Shown one piece after another: positions 1 to 13,407 of a stretch of DNA of 64,000 bases. Numbering within the stretch: position 1 is the first letter of the stretch; each line of letters starts with the position of its first letter. Under the pieces are notes generated by a model. The model saw nothing but the letters and a program-made list of their open reading frames with translations. It searched no databases and was not told the DNA's origin. The DNA comes from Camelus ferus (taxonomy: Eukaryota): assembly GCF_009834535.1 (NCBI RefSeq), contig NC_045696.1, positions 24,864,001 through 24,928,000 of the forward strand, written 5' to 3'. Both the position numbers and the translations under genes were made by a program.

Positions 1-575
1 ATGGGTCTAAATTCTTTTACTCTAGAACTAGTGTAGCCGCATTACAACCAAGTCTAACTCTTCTAGGATCTCTACAAAATGTCCCTGATGTTCATTAAGG
101 TTTTTCTACACTGGCTAGTCAGAACTTCAGTGTGACCTTTGGAATTGTTGCATTTACAACTCTTTGTAGAGTTTCACCCTAGGCTGGCATAGGTTTGTCT
201 CCAGCAACAGATTCCAGGGGACCTCTCTGCAGAATTTGGGGCTCTGCCTCTGCATAGCTCCTTCCTTTATGACACTCTGTGATACAAATTCTAGTTGCTT
301 CTGCTTCCTCCAACTTCAGTCTTTCTCCCCCACTCAGCAAAATCACCATTCTTTGTTGTACTCAACCTTCCTGCACTGAAGTCTGGAAACTGCCTCCAGA
401 CAGAAAGATATTAGGTGTAGGGTTCAAATCATGTTTCCCTTCCTCAGATATCATAGTCCTGTGCTTCTTGTTGTCCAATGTCTAAACTTTTTTTTTTCAT
501 ATATTTTATCCAGTGTTCTCATTGTTTACAGAAGTAGAGCAAGTCTGGAATCAGATCTCCATAATAAAAGGAATT
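1..575 (-). mobile_element. Ancient L1M-type 5'-region fragment
   Basis: Resembles old L1M 5'-end consensus by eye (gggacctctctgcaga...ggaaactgcctccag...gttgtccaatgtct...tatattttatccag). Confidence 0.45.
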
Positions 576-589
576 GGATTCTGTAAGGT

Positions 590-1325
590 TTTTGTTTGTT
601 TTGTTTTAATTGTGGTAAAACGTATATTAAAAATTTCCATTTTAAACATTTTTAAGTGTACAGTTCAGTGGCATTAAGTACATTCATACTGTTGTGCAAT
701 CATCACCACCATCCATCTCCAGAACATTTTCATCTTTGCAAACTGAACGTCTAAACCCCTTAAATTCCCCGTTTTCTACTTCTTCCCAGAACTTGGCAAC
801 CACTGTTCAACTTTATGTCTCTATACATTTGACTTGTTTAGGTACCTCATATAAGTGGAATAATATAGCATTTGTATTTTTGTGACTGGTTTATTCCACT
901 TAATATAGTGTTTTCAAAGTTCTTTCATATTGTAGCATGTGTAAGAATTTCCTTCCTTTTAAAGGCTGAATAATATTCCACCATATGTATATACCAGATT
1001 TTGTTCATCCATTCATCTTTTGATGGATATTTGGGTTCCTTCCACTTTTTGAGTAATTTAAAGGCTTTGAACATGTGTGTATAAGAATCTCTTTTTGTCT
1101 CTACTTTAATTTTTTGGGGGGTATATACTCAGAAGTGGGATTTCTGGAATATATGGTAATTCTACTTATAATTTTTTGAGGCCTCACCATACGATTTTTC
1201 ATAGCAGTTGCACCATTTTACATCCCTATCAGCAATGCACAAGAGTCCCAATTTCTCCACATTCTTGCCAACAGTTGCCTTTTTTTTTTAATGGTAGCCA
1301 TCCTAATGGATTTGAAGCATCTCAT
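590..1325 (-). mobile_element. L1 (L1MA/MB-type) 3' end fragment
   Basis: T-rich tail, then tttaagtgtacagttcagtggcattaagtacattcatactgttgtgcaatcatcaccaccatccatctccagaac and ORF2 C-terminal antisense motifs (aatattccac, ggtaattcta, catccctatcagcaatg). Confidence 0.85.
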
Positions 1326-1329
1326 TTCT

Positions 1330-2045
1330 TCCTTTGTTTTCAGTTGATTTTTTTGTAATGACACATTTTGATTTCCTACTCTTTGTCTTTTGTGCATATC
1401 CTATAGATTATTTTGTTTGTGGTTATGATGGTAATTACATGTAACATCTAAAGTTATGACAATTTATCTTAAATTGATACTTCACTTCAATAAAGATAAT
1501 AAAGGCTTCAATAAAAACTTAACTTTCATATGAAATACTCTACTCCTTTAAGCTCTGTTTCTCCCAATTTATGTTATTGATGACACAGTTATATCTTTAT
1601 GTACTATATACTCACTAACACAGATTTATAATTTTATGCATTTGTCTTTTAAATCCTGTGGAAAATAAAATTAGAATTACAAATCAAAATTTCAATAATA
1701 CTGGTTTTTATATTTGTTCATAATTCACCTTTACCAGAGAACTTTATATTTTCATAGGACTTCAAGTTATTGTCTAATGTCCTTTCATTTCAACTGGAAG
1801 GGTTCCCATTATTGTTTCATATAAAGCTGTCATAGTGTTAATGAAGTCCCTCAGCTTTTGTTTGTCTGGGGATGTTTTAATTTCTTTCATTTTTGAAGAA
1901 CTGTTCTGCTAGATATAGGATTCTAGGTGGAGCATTTTCCTCTTTAACAATACTAAAATATATCATCTTTCTGTCTTCTGGCCTGCAAAATTTCTGCTGA
2001 GAAAAGCACTGATAATCTTATTGAGGATGCTTATAAGTTTTTGAT
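1330..2045 (-). mobile_element. Old L1M internal fragment
   Basis: Motifs such as tccctcagcttttgtttgtctggg, catttttgaag and cttctggcctgcaaaatttctgctgagaaa are typical of antisense L1M. Confidence 0.65.
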
Positions 2046-2269
2046 GCATAGGATTTTATTTCTCTTTCTACTCCTAAAATCTACGAGAGTTGATTCAGTG
2101 TGATATTCTGTAAGAGCTTTACAATATACTAGTGTAACTTTTTGGTACCATTTAGAAAGGTTTGTTTGTTTTCTTAATGTGATATTAATATAACCAGTGA
2201 AGTTGATTATATGATATCAGAATAAAGCTAAACAAAATAAAATAAAAACCCACACCCCCAGTGGCATTT

Positions 2270-2680
2270 GATGTAATGCGGTTATGACTCACCTGTGTGG
2301 AGTCAGGTGGGAATTCCTTAGGCGCTGCTCTTCTTTGTTGGCTTCACTGGCATGTTTGGCTGTTGACTGGCTATCGATCAGCTGGGGAGACTAACACAAC
2401 TTAGCTCTTTTACACCTGTTTTTCCTTTTCTAGCAGGCCAGACCTGGGATATTCTCATGGTGACAGCAGAAGTATGAGAGGCCCAGCCCTAAAGGGCAAG
2501 CCCAGTTCAGCATCTGATTGCACTACCTCTACCAAGGTCCTATTTTCCAGGGCATGCTGTAATATTTGTACCCACATCAAGCAAGTCACCCCACTTATGA
2601 TGGGAGAATATCTCAAAGTTGCAAAGCAAATGGCATGGACTCAGGAAAGATGAATTGGAGCCATCACTGCAATCTAGTAT
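2270..2680. mobile_element. MaLR LTR remnant (MLT1-like)
   Basis: tagcaggccagacctgggatattctcatggtgacagcagaag...aagcaagtcac...ggcatggactcaggaaag...gaattggagccatcactgcaatcta resembles an MLT1 consensus. Confidence 0.6.
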
Positions 2681-5600
2681 ATCAACCTAGTTTCCTTTCA
2701 TTTTATTTATGTAGGATACACCTACCTTTCCAATTATTTAAAATTTCGCATGCACTTCTTTTAAGTATTTTATACCTAATTTTCTAATTTTTTTCTTATG
2801 AAATCTGACTTTTTTTGCTTTGTAATAGGCAGGACTTATACAGTTATGTAGCTGTTTATAGATCACAAATTTTTTTTCTCGTGTGTAATTTTACCATTTT
2901 GTTTTATACTTTCTACTTTCTATTTTTAGTTTTCAAATTTCTTTGTATCTTTTGGATATACATACACTGTTTGTTATACTTTTATATTTTTAGTGTGTAG
3001 AAAGTTATATGTATTGTTTTATATAGTAATGGTTAACAGTTAAGGTTTCAATATCTTTTAAAACCCATACTTATCTATTTATTAAAAAATGTTAGATTAA
3101 CATCTTTTGAGTACCCCAATTAAGGAATTTTTGTACCACAGATTGCATTCATGTTTTACTCAGTTTTATAATATTTACACGTAAATTGGTGTCTAACTTG
3201 TTTCTATGATCACTTTCAATCTTTTTATGCTGTGAGTTTCTATGGCTCTTGTCTTCAGTAAATCTATCATTTAACAGGGATGATTTCAGGACCTGTACTT
3301 AGTCAGTTATGAGTGGTGTACTTTAGGAAGAATTTGAAATTATTAGGTCACAAACTTTTGCACTTATAATCTTCATTTATTACACTTTTATCTGTCTGAT
3401 GCATTGTTTTGTAAATCTGGTCATCATAACTTCACTCTTTTATTTGTAACTTGAATTTTCTGCCTTGATATTTTTAGAATATTTTCTCTTTCATTGAAAC
3501 CCAAGCTAGGTTCTAGGAGTTCTCTTGGTGAGCCTGATTAAATGATTTTCTCTAGATTGTGTTGAGCCTTTTTCAGTTGGTACACCCTGGTAGGCAGTTA
3601 TTTCCTTAATTGTTTTAGCTGCTACCCTCTCTCTCTCTCCAATTCCTCCCCCACCTGCCAGGGGAATATTGATGATTTTTAATTTGAATCATTATTCCCT
3701 GTCTCAAATCTATGTTTACCTTTATAATTTAAATATCTTTCTTCCTTCTTTTCTTACTATAAGGTGAGATTTCCATGTTTTAGCATCTATAATGTGAATT
3801 TTTACTCGACATTTGCATTTTTACTTTTCCTGAATTAGAGTATCTTGTTATTCCCTTTTTAACCTAACCTATCTTTTTTTTTGCCTCAATAAATTTTCTC
3901 ACAATGGTTTCCTGTTTTTGAGATGTGATTTTTCTTGCATTCTATTGAAGGTGACAAAGAGCTTTCTGCAATTACTTCTACATCTGGTAATGGACAATAG
4001 ATGTTTCTTTTCATGGTTTTAGGTGATTTATTTTCCTTATTTTATCACAGGGAGGCTATTGTTTATTCCTCATTCCTCATTCCAGGGCCAGGTACAGTCT
4101 ACCTTGGTTTAGAGTGGACTAGCAATTTGGATATATCCATTGCATTTGGACTTCTCAGAGTTTCAGCTGGTAGGAAGGTTGACAAGCACAATTTCCTACA
4201 CAATTTGTACGATATAGTCAGCACTGATATTGCACTGAAGTTTAATTTATACCTCCTCTCCACTTCCTCATTTCTTAGTACTTAGAGCAAATTAAGTATC
4301 AAAGTTTTTCACTTGTCCAAATATCTCCTGGCTGTTAACATGGGAACTGAATGCAGGTCTTGCTGCTTTTTCACTGCCTTCTTTATCTTCTAAATAATTG
4401 TGACAATATCACATATATACTCTCCAAACAAGAATAATTGTAACTAATGCATATTACTATAGATTTCCCCAATATATATGTCATTTAAAATACATATTTA
4501 CATATGTTAAAATATTTATTTAAATTTATCAAATATGCACATATGAAATTTACTTAAGTGCGCCATTATTTCTGGGCATTGCAATTGCTTCTGTTTCTCC
4601 AGTATAAAATAATGTATATTAGTTCTTTTAAATGTATTTTTGGACTATTTTCTTGGGACAGATTCTTAGAAGTGTAATTACTGGCATAAACTTTACTAAT
4701 TCTTTTATGAATTTTTGATATATATTGACAAATTGTTTTTCCAAATCTTCTTACCAAGTTAAATTTCCAGAAGCAGTACGATCTTATGCTCTCATTAAAA
4801 AAAATATTTTTAGGCTATATACTTATTTTGCAAAAAAATTAACAATTCTTAAAACTATGAAAAGAAAAAAAAAAAAAAACAGCCATGTTTCCCTGCCTAG
4901 TAGTGACTATTGCCATTGATTTGGCCTAGTTGTTTCATTTTCTGCCCTACTTCCTTCCAGAATGTATGGATGGATAGATAGATATGTAGGTAGATGGATA
5001 GACAAATAGGATGCACACATTGATAAAATTCTGTATGATGATAATTAAAGTATTTTAAATTTTTGTGTGATTATGCATAACCCTATAATTAATGTCTTTA
5101 CATTTAATACAAATTGTTTACTTCATTAATGTAAATCCTAGAAAGAAATCAAGACGAGTGAACATTTTTAAGATTATGTGTGTGTAGTATACACATACAC
5201 ATGTATAAAATTTCAAAAGGATGTATCAACTTATGCTATCAGCATCCATGTTATATGAACCTTTGCATTTACCCTTATAGATATTATGTATTAAAAGGAT
5301 TTTTCCATTTTGCTTAATTTGATATGAAGAAATGATACATTTTTTGTTTTGATTTGTATTTATTTGATCACTAGTCAGGTAAAATATATTTTTTTCTAAT
5401 ACTTATCCATATCTAAACATTCTTCTGCAAAATTTCTATTAAAGTTCATCATCAATTTATGGACTTCTATTGATTGGTGTGTATAACAATTTCCTTATTA
5501 ATAATATTAATTACATTAGTCATATGATTGCTATTTTGTACAAAAAATTAATTTTTACTTTTTAACCAACCACATTTATTTCTGTATTTCACTGTAAAAT

Positions 5601-5812
5601 TTGAATATGTCTAGTTCAAAAAGTCTGTTTAAGTAATCAGTGAATTACTTTAAACATTGTAGTTGCTCAGTAAATTATGTTAAAGTGCTAATAAAATGAA
5701 ATCCTCCTCACCCTCCAAGCTCAATTCTTTTCCTTGTAACAGCAACAGGAATTGAATCAAATACTATCCCAATACTCAGCTTGACTGATATATATATATT
5801 TTTTAATTTCAG

Positions 5813-6198
5813 AGAATAAAGGACCATGCCTTGAATTCTCTCAGCTAAGTGTAAAGGATTCCTTCAAAGATCTGTTTATTCCCAAAATGGAGGTAATTCT
5901 GATATTGTATACAAGGAACAACCCAAATTGTGCAGAGCCACTGTTTCAGCAGGACAACTCACTTAACGTTCATTTCAACACAAGCAAGAAAACAGTCTGG
6001 CTTATTCATGGATACAGACCAATGGGCTCCACTCCATCGTGGCTTCAGAAATTTGTAAGGATTTTGTTGAACCAAGACAATGTGAATATAATTATAGTAG
6101 ACTGGAACCGAGGCGCTACAACTTTTCTTTACAATAGAGCAGTTAAAAATACCAGAAAAGTTGCTGTGAGTTTGAGTAGGTACATTCATAATCTTTTG
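5813..6198 (+). CDS. LIPI: LIPI coding exon 2 ([30 protein letters not shown]...[10 protein letters not shown]...VDWNRGATT...YIHNLL)
   Basis: Acceptor ttttaatttcAG at 5811-5812, donor GTAAGT at 6199. Contains the IHGY oxyanion region and IIVDW motif. Overlaps ORF 5887..6255. Confidence 0.95.
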
Positions 6199-9100
6199 GT
6201 AAGTTTGGAATTTTATGTATTAAATATGTTATACAATATACAGCATGTTATGTAATACTACAAAGTGGTAATAAGATAAAACTGTTTTCCCATAAACATT
6301 AAGAATTACTGCATTGATAAGCTAACATATGCAGCCATCATTTCTTTGTGTAAATGGATAATTGTATACCTAGACATGACCTGTCTTATTTTTTTAATTA
6401 TCTTAAAGATTCAGTTATTTTTTTCTTAAAATATTTTAAGATTTTTTTTTAACTACCTATGCTGACTTCACAATAAGGTGGTAATTCTATGTGGATAGGG
6501 GAGATAAACTATATAAGCATTGGATTTTTAAGACATCTTTTCTAAGGCATGTCTAATATGCTTATAGTAAAGTGTACATTGGTAAAATTGAGGGAAAAAC
6601 AACTGGAAAATAGCACACTTTTGCCAACCTTCAAGGCAGATCTATTTAGATTTGTCCAGCCTTTGGGTCTAGGGTTTGGAAGGGTCAAATAAATTCAGTA
6701 CAGGTCTAGGTTATCTGTTGGTTTAATGATCTCTGTTTTCCTAAATCAATCCACATGGAGATCCATGTCTATTCTAGAGAGAGCTAGTGGTAATGGGCAC
6801 TTGAGAGAAAGAAGGGTGGATATCTGATTTGGGGGCATTCTTGAGTCTTGATACCTGCCTTTGAGTTGGGTTGTGCTGAACTTCCAAGTCTCTGCCGAAA
6901 TTGAGCAAGCATCACAGATCCAGGAAGCAGTTGCATGCTGTGGTTAGGAGTCAGAATGGAAGGGTTCAAAGACCAAATCTATCCCTTATCTGTGTGACTT
7001 GGAGCAATTGCTTAACCTTTCTGCCTCATTTCCTTGTCTTTCCTTTTGTTATCCTATGCGATAACAAAACTTTATATCGATATCTTAGCTAAGTATTAAA
7101 TGAAATTAATTCTTCATCAGTATTTGGCATATAATAACCATTGAATATAATCAGGTGTCATTATTTTTACATCTCCAAATTTGGACAAACCCCAAGCATC
7201 CCTCTGGAGAGACAGGAAGTATTTGATTCACCTGTTCTGATAGTCTTTAAATTACATAATTGATTTTTCCTTTTAGTAGTGGTCTTTTCTCTAACTCATA
7301 AATATGTAACTCAAAGTGTGGAAAATGTGAATGTTAAATAGAGAGATTTAGGAAAATTTGTAGTATGAGATAAATTTCTAACTTTGATTTTGCTTGCAAA
7401 GGCTTCATATTAGGGAGAAGGGATAAAAAGACCAGTAGTATTAAAGTTGAGAGCAATACTCCCTCAGGCTTCTGGGCGTTGGTCTTAGAAATTTGAAGAA
7501 AATTATCACCCTGTGCCTGGAAAACCAGGATCTAGTTTCTCATTAGAGTAAATGCTCCACATTTTACCATAAGCCATCAGAAATTTCACTGTGTAGGCTG
7601 GAGCTGCTTCCTGAAAGTGTGGTAGAACAGATTCTCCTTCATTTAAGCTCCTGATGCCCCCCACCCCCTAACCCTGGGCTGAGACTCTAAGAGGTGTTCA
7701 AAAGTTGGGCTTGGAAGATCAGGTTCCATGACTCTCCAGTTTATGATCTGGGGAAATCACTTAAAATTCCCGAGTCTTATATTATCATCTCTGAAGTGAG
7801 GCTGACTATTCACACTGTTCAGTCTCCCTAAAGTCTTTGACACAGTCTACAGATAAAACAGAGAGGTAGATTAATATATACTTTGAAGTTAAATAGACCT
7901 GGACTTTAAGTCCATCTTTTCCCCTTATAGTAATAAGTATATGGGGCTTTCAAAACTCATTATCAAACCATATTTATTCAGCATTTAATGGGTATCAGAG
8001 AAAGTTTTTGGCAATAGGATAACAATAAATAACTCATAGGACTATTAAGAATATTACATATGAGATTTATAAAGCACTTATCAATGTAGCTAGCACAAAG
8101 TACCCCAAAATGTTTAATTATTGTTATTATTATAAAATGCTTTATTAATTGTGTTACTTTGCATATGCTATTCTAGATAAAAATGAAGTTTTTTTAAATG
8201 ATTTTTAAATAAAAATTTAATACTATTAAAATGTGTAGAGAAAAAACAGATATTTTATGGAAAATGTTGAATAAAGATATAGTTGTTTTAAAATTATAAA
8301 ATTCCGTTCCTTGTCTCTCAGGAGTGGATTAAAACAGAAAAAATAATGAATTTTAGAATATTGATGCAACAAGGCATAATTTGTGATTTTCTGAAATGAA
8401 AATTGTAACACTGCATTTTGAATTACAGAAGCATGGAGCTACTCTTGATAGTTTTCACTTCATAGGTGTGAGCTTAGGGGCTCATATTAGTGGATTTGTT
8501 GGAAAGACATTTCAAGGTCAAATTGGAAGAATAACAGGTAAAATATTTTTGACACATTAATATTTTAAGCATCAGAAGTTATTTTATTTAAAATTTAACA
8601 GGAATAATATTTTAGGAATGGAAATGATGCACAAATTTTTTTTCTATATTAAATTCAAATGCTGGTCTTTGTTTTAGTCAGACTCTAAAGTCTTATTTAG
8701 TTCTTAACTGAACTTATATATATACATATATATATATATATATTCCATTTCAAACTCTTTTTCATATAGTTTATTACAAGCTATTGAATATAGTTCCCTG
8801 TGAATATAGTGTACAGTAGGACCTTGTTGTTTATCTATTTTATATGTAGTAGTTAGTGTCTGCAAATCCCGAACTCCCAATGTATGCCCTCCCACCCCCT
8901 TCTCTGGCTTTTTAAACCCTGATGACTGCTTGGCATGTGGACATACTCACACTAGAGTAATATGGAGTAAGTACACCTTAAAATAAGGTAGGATTACCAG
9001 GAGTTCCAACTGAACTAGTTATGGTTGTTGAAAGAGAATGGGCTTGGATGCTGGAGACCTTGTATAAATCCTGGCTTAGGTGTTACTACTGGCTGTTATT

Positions 9101-12100
9101 GTCATATATTATACAAATAGCTGAATCACTTTGCTGTGCTGTACACCAGAAACTAACACAACATTGTAAATTGAATATACTTCAATTAAAAAAAATAAAA
9201 TAAAAGGCTAGCAAATGTGGTGGTTCCACATCAGAGCAATTTATAGAGAAAAGAGAAGTTTCTGCCTCAGTCAGTCAAGTGGGCCAAATAAAGTAGGGAT
9301 AACAGAAGGGCCTGACATGAGCAATATTATATTTTACTTTTTAAAATATCTTTTAAGATGATTGTTTTCCTATTGCATAGATGTTCTCAAGGCATTGCAT
9401 TTTATCTCCTCACCTTTTTGACACTCTCCAATAGGTCATGAATCTAGAATTTGTATTTAGAATTTCAAATACAGTAGAAATACTATCTGTATTCTGTGAA
9501 ACTTTTAACATATTTTTCCTTTCTGATGTGTGTGTGTGGAAAATTTTTGTGAGAAATAAATAAGATAATAATAACAACTATGTTTTGTCCCACAGCGCAA
9601 ATTGCATTTTACACTTAAAATCATTTTAGACCTGTAGGTAGATTCAGGATAAGCTAGTACTTCATAAGGTTCAAGACAGAACCAGGATGGTATTTATTAT
9701 TTTTCCCACTCAGGAGTAGTAGTTGTTATTTTTTATTAAATATAAAGTTACTATCAATATATTCCTAATTACTTTTAAAATAAAAATGTAAAAAAAACTC
9801 CATAATATTTTGTTGTGGTATCTAACACTATACTGTTAATAAACTCTGAAGATTGGTTAAAAATATTCAAATAAAGAAGGCACTTGCTATTCATCTAATT
9901 TCATTTATCTTTAGATTTGTTTTTCGAAGGCTTTACGCTAAAACTGTCTAGGCTTGTTACGTTTATAATGTGATGATAATGCAGGCATATGATCTCATGA
10001 ACATTGCAGTATGACTTGATCAATAGATTAATAGTTTCTTTCTTGAATTTCAGGTCTTGACCCAGCTGGGCCACAATTCTCTGGAAAACCATCAAATGGC
10101 AGATTAGATTACACTGATGCAAATTTTGTGGATGTCATCCATACTGATACCAATGGTAACAATGCAGGATTTATTGCTTAACTATTTGAAAATGGAAAAG
10201 GAGATGTAGATGCTTGGGAAGAGGAGAATGCAAGAGAAAAGAGTAGCGGATGAAGTGATGATAAGCCTGTAAATTATATGGTTGTCTTTCCCACAAGCAA
10301 CATTTCTTGGAGTTAGTGCTCTTTTTCTGAAATCTAAATTCACCTACACCTTATAGAGAGTCGATGCCTAAAATTTCATAGTTCTGATATGACCTCAAAT
10401 TTTCAAGTCTTCTTTATGTCTAGACATTTATATCAGCTTAACATTCCCACACGCAGCACACCTACTGCCCAATTACTCTGCAGTTCTTTGAACTCTTTTT
10501 TCTGAAATTCTGCCATAGACTTTTGAATTAGCTCTTCACACTTTTTATTATTTTTGTTTGCATTTTTGACTTTTCCTAATAAACTGTTTGGATTGTCTTA
10601 TACTCTTAATATCTTTTGATGACTCAGTCTATTAGATCTAACTTGCTACTAGATGCCACATGGTTGGCACCTTTATATCTAGTGACATGCCTTCAAATTA
10701 CATAAAGCAAAATTAACATTATCGTATTACAGAAAAAGTAGGAACTGCACAATCATAGTAGCAGATTTGAATTAGCAAAATTGATCTAATAGACATTTAT
10801 AAAACATTATACCCCAAAACTGGAGAATTTACATTCTTCTAAAGCACACATGGATATTTTAGAGAACTTAATTAGATAACTAATAAGGAAAGAATAAATA
10901 ATAATGAAAATATAAAATATTTTAAGTTCAACAGTATTAAAGTTACTACATATTAAAATTTGTTGGAGTCAGCAAAACCCATGACGAGAAGTAAATGTCC
11001 TGTTTTTAATACAGATGTTTAAAAGGCTGAAAATCAGTAATCTAAGCATGTTATCTTGAGATATTAAGAATTAAAGGTAAAATACACCCATAGCTATTGA
11101 GAAAGAAGCTATTAATAATCATACAAAAATAATGGAATAAAATATGAATTAGAAGTGATTAAAAAAGCGAAATATTTGCACTTTAAAACCACCTTAATTA
11201 ATCATTTAAAATGTATATGTCATTTACCTTCCTTTGAAAAAAGTGAAAGGAACATAGAATGATTGAACGTTGTATTTCACCATCCAGATAAATAAACCCT
11301 TGGAGAGGAAATACAGAAAGAACAAGGAGAGAAAACGTAACTAATACCAATAATAATAAAGGAGATAGTGTTACAGATAATACAGGTATTAAAATAATCA
11401 TAAAACAATATAATGAACAACATTATGAAAGTATGAAAACATATAGTATATGAAATAGAAAAATTCTAGTGAAAAAGCAAAAGTATTTACAAAACTGACA
11501 AATGAAAAGAGAAAATTTGAATAGTTTTGTAATTATTGATGAAATAGAAACTGTACTTTAAAGCCTTCCACAAAGTAAATTCTTGTTCTCTACCAAATAA
11601 TTAAGTGATAAGACAATTCTCACATGAACACTTTCAGAGAATTAAAAAAAACAAGCAAAAGGAAATTGTTTACAACTTTTTTAGAAAGCCATCATAAACT
11701 TAATGTCAAAAGTTGAGAAAGACATTGCAGAAAAGACAGTTTGCTAGACATTCTCTGTTATAATCATGGAAGCAAAAATTCTGCATGAAATGTCGTATTA
11801 GTAAAACCAATTCAACATAAAATGGACAATGAAACACCCAATTTGGAATTATTATTAAAATGTATATTTAATTTAACATTCAAAATCAGTTTCTTAATTC
11901 ATTTTAGCAAAAAAATAAGGAAGACAATTCACTTAATTTCAATCAAATGCAGAAAAAGCTTTTGGGAAAATGTATATATGGCAAAAACTTTGGTACATTG
12001 GAAACAGAAAGAAAATTCCACAATCTGATAAAATATTTCTATTCAAAAATCAATAGAAAATGTTACTTCAGTGATGGAATTTGGAAGACTTTCTTTCTGA

Positions 12101-13317
12101 CATTGGGAACTGGATAAGAATGTTTATCCTTGTCATTCTAAGGCAACATTTTACTGAATGTCTTAATGCAGTAAGGGAAGAAAAGTATTAAAGGGTAGAA
12201 GCATATAAAATATCATTTTCAGGTGATATGTTTGCATACATTGATAACCCCAAAGAATTTCCAGATAATTGACTAGAATTCACAGGAAATTTCAGGAAGA
12301 TTGCTGGATATGTTGCATATGCAAAATTCAATTCTTTCTAAAAACCTGCAGTAAGAGCAAATAAAATTCTAGAATTATACCATTTTAATAACATAAAGTA
12401 TAATAAACCTAGAAATAACTCTTAGCAAAATTGTGCAAGAGCTTTATGCAGAAAATCACAAAAAACTGCAGGATATAATTAGAGCAGACCAAAATAAAAT
12501 GGAAATAAACCATATATGTGAATCCAAGTACTGTACAGGTCAGTTCTTTCCAAGTTGACTTACTGATTCAATGCAATCTTTGTCAAAAGCCAATCTTTTT
12601 AAAAGAAGCTCACAAACTAATTATAAAATTAATATCGACATGCAAAGGGCCAAGTATTGTCAAAGTATTCTTGAAGAAGAAAAAAGTGCAAAGACATGTT
12701 CTTCCAGATATCAAGCCTATTAAAAGAGTAGTAATGAAGACAGTGTCACATTAGTGTAAGGGTAGACAAAAAAAGCCAGTGAAACAAAATACAGAGTCAT
12801 GAAATGTACTAGAATTATGATGATTTTGGAATTGTTGGACAGTGTGAAAATGATTCTAATTTTTTTCTGGGTTTCTTATTTTCTATTGAATAACAATTGA
12901 TTTACAATATTGTATTAGTTTCAAGTGTACTGCATAGTGTTTCAGTTTTCCTTTTTTTTTACAAATTTACATCATATGTTATTGTCAGATATTGGGTATA
13001 ATTCCCTGTGCTATACAGTAAACTTTTGTTGCTTATCTATATTATGTATAGTAGTTTGTATCTATTATTTCCATACCCCTTATTTGTTCCTCTCTCCATC
13101 TCCTCCCCTTTGGTTACCATAAGTTTGTTTTCTATGTCTGTGAGTCTGTTTCTGTTTTGTATATACATTCAATTACATTACTTTTTTTAGATTCCACATA
13201 TAAGTGATATCATGTAGTATTTGTTTTTCTCTGACTTATTTTCCTAAGCATAATATTCTCTAGGTCCATCCATGTTGCTGCAAATAGCAATATTTCATAT
13301 ATATTACTGTGTGTGTG

Positions 13318-13350
<33 letters not shown>

Positions 13351-13358
13351 TGTGTGTG

Positions 13359-13407
<49 letters not shown>

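Noticed and set aside
1..5812. LIPI first coding exon (signal peptide) or promoter
   Set aside because: I found no ~46-nt ATG...G|GT exon encoding a LIPI-like signal peptide. The region is mostly L1/LTR, so exon 1 is probably upstream of the window.
5887..6255. 122-aa ORF as a stand-alone gene
   Set aside because: It starts at an internal Met of exon 2 and reads through the donor at 6199 into intron.
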